Source: Octopus sinensis
Taxonomy: Eukaryota
Assembly: GCF_006345805.1 (NCBI RefSeq)
Contig: NW_021833561.1
Location: 1 to 28,549 of the forward strand
Direction: 5' to 3'
Length of the DNA: 28,549 nucleotides
Shown here: positions 20,010 through 28,549 of the stretch, piece after piece
Layout of the letters: each line of letters opens with the position of its first letter
Numbering within the stretch: the stretch's first letter is position 1
Notes under the pieces: model-generated
Told to the model about the DNA's origin: nothing
The model's input: the letters and a program-made list of their open reading frames with translations, nothing else
The model's database searches: none
Translations under genes and position numbers: made by a program

Positions 20010-20369
20010 TATATATATATATATATATATATAACATATATAAACACAAGCGACTCAAGTCCTTAAGAAATCGCTATTACCCACAAAGCAAAGACTGAGG
20101 TACATGTACCTACATACCGAAGTAAACACGTATATACATTCCAGTCGCATGTACAATCAGAAAAGCTGGTTGAATACACCGCAAGAGATTCATGAAATGT
20201 CACTAACGTAGATTTTATGATGGTTTGAAATATTTAAGTTGTACATATATTCACCTGATGTAAAATGTTTTTTTTGCGCATGATGTAATGATTCTATTCA
20301 TCAATAAAAAAAGAACACATCTGAAACAGCTGTAGTGAAGTGAATGAACCACAATCCATCTGTTGCTAT

Positions 20370-20565
20370 TTGTTTATACGTATGTGTATATATATATATA
20401 TATATATATACATACATACATACATGTATATATATATATGCAAATATATATATATATATGCATATACATACCATATATATATATATTGCAAATATATATA
20501 TATATATATGCAAATATATATGTATATATATTTCTCTATATATATATTACGTATATATATTTACG

Positions 20566-20599
<34 letters not shown>

Positions 20600-20600
20600 A
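20370..20600. repeat. (TA)n array with recurring tgcaaa interruptions
   Basis: Direct reading. Confidence 0.93.
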
Positions 20601-21241
20601 TATAAACAGCTTATAAGCAAGGGCTAAAGAAGATTATTCTAAAGCCAATATACTGATTATCCACTTATAATCCACTTGTTACAGGAAAATTGAACTGAAA
20701 TCGGGCAACTAACCTTTAGAAAATTTAATTTCGTTATCTCTATATTGAATCAATTTCGGAATTAACCTTATAAAAGATACATTCTTCGTCAGTAGAGCTT
20801 ACGAGGGAATATAAATAAAATACTTACATGCGTTTATGGAAAAAATCGGAAGCTAAAAACATAACTACATTTTAGTACGTCATTTATTTCTAAAAATAAA
20901 AATTCCTTTGTATGTTAAAAAAAATTTACTTTTCGGATATTTTTTAAATATGCTAGGCCACTGGTTTTAATCGATTAATATCAATTTCCACCCTTATTTA
21001 ATTTTACATATATATGTATATTGTCGCATATATTTATGTAAAGGTCACAGCGACATATGTAGAACGTGTGTTTCAGTGGATATGCTTGCGTTCGTTCACG
21101 TACCTGTGCAGATGTGAGTCAATATGTATGCAAAAACGTCCCGAGATAATCTTTCTATTTTAACGATATGACATGTACGAATATGCATTCACAAAAGCAC
21201 ATAACTTCACGCCCCACCAGAAATTTATATATGCGCGTGTG

Positions 21242-21244
<3 letters not shown>

Positions 21245-21295
<51 letters not shown>

Positions 21296-21335
21296 TAATA
21301 ATAATAATGATAATAATAATAAGAAGAAGAAGGAG
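21245..21335. repeat. (AAT)n grading into (AAG)n
   Basis: Direct reading. Confidence 0.95.
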
Positions 21336-21429
21336 AAGAATAACCAAACGAGTATACTGAATATATACGTATATAAAACACGACAGCTTATATAATGTAC
21401 ATATACGTGCGCGAGCGCGTGTGCAGGTA

Positions 21430-21521
21430 TATATATAACTATATATATATTAGTATACATTATACATATATATACATAATATGTACATATGTATATATAT
21501 ATATATATATGTAATATATAT

Positions 21522-21588
<67 letters not shown>

Positions 21589-21654
21589 TGTACGCAAGTA
21601 GTACGTATATGTATATATACGTATATATAGATGTCTATATTATATATATATATA

Positions 21655-21705
<51 letters not shown>

Positions 21706-21710
21706 AGAAT
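21430..21710. repeat. (TA)n mosaic followed by (GA)n
   Basis: Direct reading. Confidence 0.93.
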
Positions 21711-21874
21711 ATCTTGTGTCCATGCTTACTTACATAAACATAACTTATTTCTGTTACTCATTTATAAGTTTTCTCGTGAATGTATGAATCTATGAATCTA
21801 TGAATGTATGAACGAAAGAATGAAAGAATGAAAGATTGAAAGAATATACGATATTGTTTTTGTTGCGTGCGCAG

Positions 21875-22030
21875 AAACCATATTTCAATAGGAAATTATT
21901 CCGGACAAGTTACCGTCCGATTGTGGCTTGCTTTAATGATTGCGCTATTTCACGCACCGAGATATTTAACACAATGAAAATAGCAATTGCTTGATCGGAG
22001 ATTTTCAAATAAGCTCTACTGTGGCTTTCT
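21875..22030 (-). pseudogene. Possible degraded Tc1/mariner (Tc3-like) transposase N-terminal HTH fragment
   Basis: Minus-strand translation SHSRAYLKISDQAIAIFIVLNISVREIAQSLKQATIGR* resembles the Tc3 N-terminus (LNVSLHEMSRKISRS). Short and stop-interrupted. Confidence 0.3.
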
Positions 22031-22032
22031 TT

Positions 22033-22066
22033 TATTATTATCATTATTATTATTGTTACTATTATT

Positions 22067-22108
<42 letters not shown>

Positions 22109-22205
22109 GTTGTTATTATTATTATTATTATTATTATCAATGTTGTTATTATTATTATCATTATTATTATGATTATTATTATTATTAATTTCATTATTAT
22201 TATTA

Positions 22206-22246
<41 letters not shown>

Positions 22247-22285
22247 TTATTGTTATTATTATTATTGTTATTATTATTATTGTTA

Positions 22286-22319
<34 letters not shown>

Positions 22320-22403
22320 CATTATTATTATTATTATTATTATTATTGTTATTATTATTATTGTTATTATTATTATTATTGTTATCATTATTATTATTAT
22401 TAA

Positions 22404-22441
<38 letters not shown>

Positions 22442-22535
22442 GCATCATTGTCTCATCATAATACTCATAAGCTCCTCTTCCTTCTTTTGCTCAGCACCAT
22501 CATTTTCATCATCATCATCATCATCATCATCATTA
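22033..22535. repeat. Long degenerate (TTA)n array with TTG/TCA variants, ending in (CAT)n
   Basis: Direct reading. Confidence 0.96.
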
Positions 22536-22640
22536 TCCTTTGAAAGAATTTTTTGTTCCTTTCTTCCACGATGTTTCCTTATACCAAATCGCTGATATTA
22601 AAATACAACAAACAGTACATGAAATATCAATAATCTATGG

Positions 22641-22659
22641 AATGATGATGATAATAATA

Positions 22660-22713
<54 letters not shown>

Positions 22714-22719
22714 TGATGA

Positions 22720-22765
<46 letters not shown>

Positions 22766-22773
22766 TGATGATG

Positions 22774-22804
<31 letters not shown>

Positions 22805-22987
22805 GAAGAAGAAGAAGAAGAAGAAGAACAAGAACATGAACAAGAAGAAGAACAAGAAGAAGAAGTACAAGAAGAAGAAGTACAAGAAGAAGAACAAGAA
22901 GAAAAAGAAGAAGAAGAAGAAGAAGAAGAAGAAGAATAACAAGAATAAAAAGAAGAAGAAGAAGAAGACGAAGAAGAAGAAGAAGAA

Positions 22988-23035
<48 letters not shown>

Positions 23036-23100
23036 GATGATGATGTTGAGGATGATGATGATGATAATGATGATGATGATGACGATGATGACGACTAAGA
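22641..23100. repeat. Compound (GAT)(AAT)n(GAT)(AAT)n(AAG)n(GAT)n trinucleotide array
   Basis: Direct reading; source of the poly-N/K/M ORF. Confidence 0.96.
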
Positions 23101-23309
23101 TAAGAAAGAGAGAAAGAGAGAAAGGAAGACAGAGAGGAAAAATAATAAGCGTTCCAGAAGAACCGTTGCTCATGTTCACATCTTAAAGTAAATAGTATTG
23201 ATATTCAAATATAAAAACAATCATAAAAGAACAATAAACAAAAAAAAAAACACAGAAAAACAACAAGCTGCAACATTTTATCGGTTTTCATGTAAATATG
23301 TGTGCATAG

Positions 23310-23319
23310 ACATACATGA

Positions 23320-23351
<32 letters not shown>

Positions 23352-23480
23352 TTATATGTGTGGTGTGTATGTGTACATATACAGAGCATATATATACAAT
23401 CATATACACATACCTGTGTATATATAGTACATGCACATGTATATATGCTTATAGACATATAATAGTTATTGATATATACC

Positions 23481-23555
<75 letters not shown>

Positions 23556-24016
23556 AGTTATATATATGTTATATATATATTTTATATATAGATGCATAAA
23601 GTAATATATAACTGTGCATGAATGCATTTATATCTAATATCACTCACATACATGCTGTGATATAATTCTTTATGTTATCCACATTATTGAGCTTCATTGC
23701 AAAATATAAATTCATTATGCATGAAACTAAGTAACAACGTAGATATATAAAGATATACAAATATAAGTATATATATATATATGTATATGTATATATGTGT
23801 GCATGTATGTATAGACTATATACTATATATATATATATATACATACATATGTATATGCATATTCATTTATGTTTATATATATATATATTATACATATATT
23901 TATACATGTATATGTATATATATATATATGCACGTATATATGTATATGTATATATATATATGCACTATATATGTATATGTATATATGCGTGTATGTATGA
24001 ATATGTATATATCTAC

Positions 24017-24069
<53 letters not shown>

Positions 24070-24078
24070 CTACCTATC

Positions 24079-24162
<84 letters not shown>

Positions 24163-24190
24163 TATATATATATAATATATATATATATAC
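23310..24190. repeat. Extended TA-rich low-complexity field with (TATC)n and (TC)n
   Basis: Direct reading; short unique stretch about 23600-23750. Confidence 0.88.
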
Positions 24191-25351
24191 CGTATCACGC
24201 TATATCTTTTCCACTTGACGTACGGATGAAATAGAGTGGTTTCCTTTATTTAGCACCAACATCCACACATACAGACATATGACACCTAAGGTATTGCTCT
24301 TAAGACCACACACACACACACACACACATGTATATATGAGCGTGTGTGTGTGTGTGTTTGTACCCACGCACACCTATATATATATATTCTATAATTGATA
24401 ACAGCCTCAGTAGTTATTGTATGAATCCAAAGTTATTCGGATACGCAGCAACTGGATTGCATCAACTTTTAACCCTTTTCATACAGATGAATAATTACTA
24501 AATCTGCCTCTCTTCCTGTTCTTGGATTGAAATTACTTCGTATACAAATCTCAACTTCATATTATGAATGCTGGAATGTAAGTCTATTGCTTGCGTATTG
24601 TCATTTCAAATATGTTATGCATGGTGAATGTTTAGCTAACTGTCTGGTATGTAATTTCATAGAAAATATATTGCTGGGTTGTTATATTTTTTTATACAAG
24701 TTTATTAGCTTATGTAACTACGAAACATATTTGATGCTAGCACTTTATGTTGATTAAAATCTCTCGGCACCACAAGCCTGAGATATATATGTTCGATATG
24801 CTTTTGAGTTATAAAACTTCATTTTTCTGCCTCGTCTTCGTTATTCTGATTTGGGACTTTAACGATTACACAATGTAACAAACTTTTTATTGTTTTGTCT
24901 TTAGTTCGTACGTATTATTTCTTATTTGTTTCTATTTAGGAATCAAACGAAATCACTACTATTCCCTTCAAACTTTGCTTTTTTATGTGATCTGGACATC
25001 AGTGTTTTAAAATTGACCTATTTCTATTTCCCATTTTATTTTTTAGACAGATTCAGCGATTTGTTACTGATGCAGAAAGATCGTTAAACATATTCAGCTC
25101 AATACCACAGATTTGCTTGTCAGTTGATTGACCATAACCACATGAGCATGACCCTTAGTGGCTGACAATAAGTGCATCTCTGATCATGATAGGAGTTGTG
25201 CGGGAGAATCATAACCATGCGCTAAGAGGGCTTCTTTGGGGTTTGAATAAATGTAACAAAAGCAAAGGGATATCGCTGACAGCTACGCCCATATTCTAAT
25301 CCCTGCAGCAAGTCAAGGAATCGTTAGTCACTTCTTCTGTAAACGATGATA

Positions 25352-25736
25352 GTGGAGGCGCAATGGCCCAGTGATTAGGGCCGCGGACTCGCGGTCATAG
25401 GATCGCGGTTTAGATTCCCAGACCGGGCGTTGTGAGTGTTTATTGAGCGAAAACACCTAAAGCTCCACGAGTCTCCGGCAGGGGATGGTGGTGATCCCCG
25501 CTGTACTCTTTCACACAACTTTCTCTCTCTCACTCTTACTTCCTGTTTCTGTTGTACCTGTATTTCAAGGGCCGCCTTGTCACTCTCTATGTCACGCTGA
25601 ATATCCCCGAGAACTACGTTAAGGGTACACTGTGCTGTGGAGTGGATCCAGCATGTGCACGTTAATTTCACGAGCAGGCTGTTCTGTTGATTCGGATCAA
25701 CCGAACCCTCGTCGTCGTAACTGACGGAGTGCTTCC
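25352..25736 (+). mobile_element. SINE family B3, full length with 11-bp TSD
   Basis: B-type tRNA head and central block, distinct 3' half; direct repeat AAACGATGATA at 25341-25351 and 25737-25747. Confidence 0.93.
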
Positions 25737-26149
25737 AAACGATGATAACAGAAGCAGCAACGGTATCAACGCAAAACAATTGACGAGTATTACATTGGTT
25801 TCAGATTGAGTGCAATGGCAAATATTAGCTACAACTGTATTAGTAGCAACCACATCAGGGATTTTATACTGAAGGAAACCAGAAAGAGAAGCAATGAACC
25901 AGCTGAGGTTATATCATAGGCAACAAGCCTCCAGTTTGCAGAGCACCCTCAGTCAAATCTATGGGAATGGCGAGTGATATCGCTTTATGCTCAGTCTTAG
26001 ATGCAAGCAAGTAGACTCTCTTAAGAGTAGCAACCCTTAGCACCGTTCCTTCGTCCTGTAGGTAGGAAAGGAATGGTATACAAAGGACTGTGTACTAAAT
26101 GTCGAGGAAGATACAAATGTGAAAAATGAAGATTAAAAAGAAAAATGAA

Positions 26150-26820
26150 AATTAAAAAGAAAAGTATCTATAAAAAAAACAAAAGCATAATGTACCTGGA
26201 AGATAAGTCAACAGAAAAGGAAACGAGTGGGAAGAAACAAGTTGTTTGAAGACCGCAACGAAGCAAGTCGCCAGAAGAATAAAGAAGAAGAAGAAGAAAA
26301 GGAAGAAGATGATGATGAAGAAGAAGAAGACGAAGAAAAAGAAGAAGCAGAAGAAGAAGAAGAAGGAGAAGGAGAAGAAGAAGAAGAAAAGAAGAAGACG
26401 TAGTAGTAAAAGAAAATGAAGAAGAAGAAAAAGAAGAATAAGATGAAAAAGAAGCAGAAGAATTGGAAGAGGAAGAAGATGAAAAAGAAGATGAAGAAGA
26501 GGAAAAGAAGGAAGATGAAGAGAAGAAGAAGAAGAAGAAAAGAGAAGGAGGAAGAAGAAAAAGAAAAAAAGGAGGAGGAGGAGAAGAAGTTGAAGAAGAA
26601 GAAAAGAAGGAGGAGGAGATGAAGAAGAAGAAAAAGGAAGAGGAGGAGAAAAATAAGATGCAGAAGAGGAAGAAAAAGGAGGTGAAGAAGAGGAAGAAAA
26701 GTGAAGAAGAGGAAGAAAAAGAAAGTGAAGAAGTGGAAGTAGAGGAAGGAGATGATGAAGAAGTGGAAGAAAAAAAAAGAAGAAGATGAGGAGGTGGAGG
26801 AGGAGGAAGAAGAAATGAGA
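26150..26820. repeat. Polypurine degenerate (GAA/GAG/GAT)n tract
   Basis: Almost purely A/G on the plus strand from about 26280; source of the E/K-rich and F/L/S-rich ORFs. Confidence 0.93.
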
Positions 26821-26989
26821 TTCACTATGGTTCAAAAATCATATCGAAAACAAATAAGAAAAGAAAAAAAACATCACGTATCTGTTGTTGCCATGGTTGT
26901 ACACAGGAAGTAAAAATAACGGAGGCCAAATTCGTTTTTGATGACAAAAAATGAGCAATAAATACTTATTTGCTTCTTTCTCTATAGAA

Positions 26990-27070
26990 TAGCGTTTCTG
27001 AACCGGAGAACATATGAGCCTTGGTGGGGTCCATACGACCTTTGGGAGTCCATATAAAATTCAGTTGCTA
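26990..27070 (+). mobile_element. Possible hAT/Charlie-like MITE terminus fragment
   Basis: tagcgtttctgaaccggag...ggggtccat...gggagtccat resembles the cagtggttctcaacc..ggggtcc ends of Charlie-type MITEs; no partner TIR identified. Confidence 0.3.
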
Positions 27071-27169
27071 TAATCTAGGTGCCACTGGTTATACCCATTC
27101 ATTACACAAAAAAGTTTAACAATTTTTCATACTATTTCTACTAATATCTAATTAGAGAAATACAATAGA

Positions 27170-27480
27170 ATTTGAAGATGAAGAAGGAGTAGAGGAAGAA
27201 GAAGAAGAAGAAAAAGAAGAAGAGGAAGAAGAAAAAGAACAGGAAGCAAAAGAAGAGTAAGTAGTAGTAGTAGTAGTAGTAGTAGTAGAAGAAGAAGAAG
27301 AAGAAGAAGAAGAAGAAGAAGAAGAAGAAGAAGAAGAAGAAGAAGAAGAAGAAGAAGAAAGAAGAAGAAGAAGAAGAAGAAAAGAAGAAGAAGAAGAAGA
27401 AGAAGAAGAAGAAGAAGAAAAGAAGAAGAAGAAGAAGAAGAAGAAGAAGAAGAAGCGGAAGAAAGGGAAGTAGGAAAAAT
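27170..27480. repeat. (GAA)n array with an embedded (TAG)n block
   Basis: Near-perfect GAA runs about 27287-27455; AGT repeats about 27257-27287. Confidence 0.96.
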
Positions 27481-27687
27481 TGAAAGGTCATGAAGATCCA
27501 GTTGAGAAACATAGGAATCGAATGGATCCACACGTAATAAATTGTTGAGAACGACTGCTAAACAGCATAGAGCAAAGGCACTGTTTTCAACTCTGAGCTA
27601 TTCGTTATTCTCCCCTACATTTGGATCCCTGCTTTCTCAGCTTTGCTCGTTATCCTGCATCATATGTTTACTCGAGAGATTGTTTAC

Positions 27688-27831
27688 CTCTCCCAGGTTT
27701 TGTTAGTTTTGAATTGTCGTCAATGCTTCTGTAAGTCTGCCATTTTCTAGGTTGAGATTTTGACCCTGCGCCATCCCGCTTTTTATCTCTAAAAGAGGGT
27801 TTCAATATTAGCCTGGCCTTTCTCCTTTGAC
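27688..27831 (-). CDS. Candidate 144-nt internal coding exon of an unidentified gene
   Basis: Minus strand: ccattgctttctttgctcaacag|G acceptor, GAG|gtaaac donor, one open frame (phase 1-1) GQRRKARLILKPSFRDKKRDGAGSKSQPRKWQTYRSIDDNSKLTKPGR. No family recognised. Confidence 0.3.
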
Positions 27832-27883
27832 CTGTTGAGCAAAGAAAGCAATGGCAGGAGCTTGCGCTCAACTGGCATAGCTC

Positions 27884-28033
27884 TCCGCGGAGGTCGACGT
27901 TGCCTTTCATCCTTTTGGGGTCGATAAAGCAAGTACCAGTTGTGCACTGGTATCGAAGTAATCGACTATACCCTCCTCTCCCAAAGTTTCAAGTCTTGTG
28001 TCTCTAGTAGAAAAGATTATTATTATTATTATT
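27884..28033 (+). mobile_element. SINE family D, 5'-truncated, with (TTA)n tail
   Basis: tccgcggaggtcgacgttgcctttcatccttttggggtcgataaa..taccagttgtgcactggta..atcgact..ctagtagaaaagattattatt. Confidence 0.88.
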
Positions 28034-28346
28034 TTATGTTTGACTTTTGCTTTACATTTGTATAAGTTGGCTCCAAGTCTCACCCAGAGACCTCAAGAGA
28101 CAACAAGTTGGAAGTTCATGTTGGTGTTATGTCTATGGTGCCATATGTTTGGTTTTGTACATAGTGTTGTTCTAGAGGATATTTAAAAAACCATAAGAAA
28201 ATTATGTTTGTTTTAAAACTTGAGATTACACAGGAAGTATTTTGCGTAGGATATGAGCAGTTCCCATGAGCACTTTTTTTTAATTTCTTTCTTTTTGGGG
28301 CTGGTGGTTTCTGGCATCTGACTAGAGGTAGCAATTAGCCACCTTA

Positions 28347-28377
28347 TTATTATTATTAATTAATTATTATTATTATT

Positions 28378-28409
<32 letters not shown>

Positions 28410-28410
28410 A
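28347..28410. repeat. (TTA)n microsatellite
   Basis: Direct reading. Confidence 0.95.
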
Positions 28411-28549
28411 ATTTGGTAAAAGTGGGTGAATTCCGCAAGAATAACTCGAGTGAATAGTGCACGCTAAGCATGCGCCTGTACACAAGGTGTAGACAAGTCA
28501 GAACTATCGTGGATTTGTGGGGTTTCTATGAGCAGTCTCAGGAAGTGTC

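Noticed and set aside
20786-20792. Minus-strand CUGACGA core heptamer
   Set aside because: Not followed by stem II plus GAAA, and no stem I partner.
11603-20965. 13-mer CTAGGCCACTGGT at 11603 and 20953
   Set aside because: Flanks do not align, and several 13-bp matches are expected by chance in a window this size.
21077-21113. 37-nt plus-strand micro-exon candidate (tttcag|..GAT|gtgagt)
   Set aside because: Too short to distinguish from chance splice-like motifs without RNA data.
22169-23186. Poly-I/L/N/K/M/F ORFs up to 193 aa
   Set aside because: Translations of TTA, AAT, AAG and GAT arrays.
26152-27533. E/K-rich and F/L/S-rich ORFs up to 227 aa
   Set aside because: Arise from GAA/GAG tracts open on both strands; no splice or domain support.
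27832-27910. N-terminal part of the 80-aa ORF 27668-27910
   Set aside because: Its start codon lies in the antisense strand of the family D SINE; only the splice-bounded 27688-27831 part is retained as a candidate.

Overview
AT-rich, microsatellite-saturated eukaryotic DNA with no long ORF. It is intergenic or intronic and most likely from an octopus (coleoid cephalopod); that assignment rests on my recognition of the SINE families, not on a search. Almost every supplied ORF is a translation of simple repeats. The recognisable content is mobile DNA: three groups of tRNA-derived SINEs (working labels A, B, D; about 16 copies or fragments, three with target-site duplications), two 5'-truncated CR1-group LINE ends, a non-autonomous Helitron, a DINE-1/HINE-like Helentron derivative, and a probable Penelope-like remnant. 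The most interesting signals are: (1) a minimal type I hammerhead ribozyme motif on the minus strand at 15094-15139; (2) a 3' stem-loop shared by the LINEs and SINE family A with two compensatory base-pair changes, pointing to a SINE/LINE partnership; (3) an ~85-bp SINE fold-back at 19726-20009 and other inverted SINE pairs that could form dsRNA; (4) a perfect 20-bp hairpin at 5032-5081. A few low-confidence minus-strand exon candidates (best 27688-27831) hint at a host gene.
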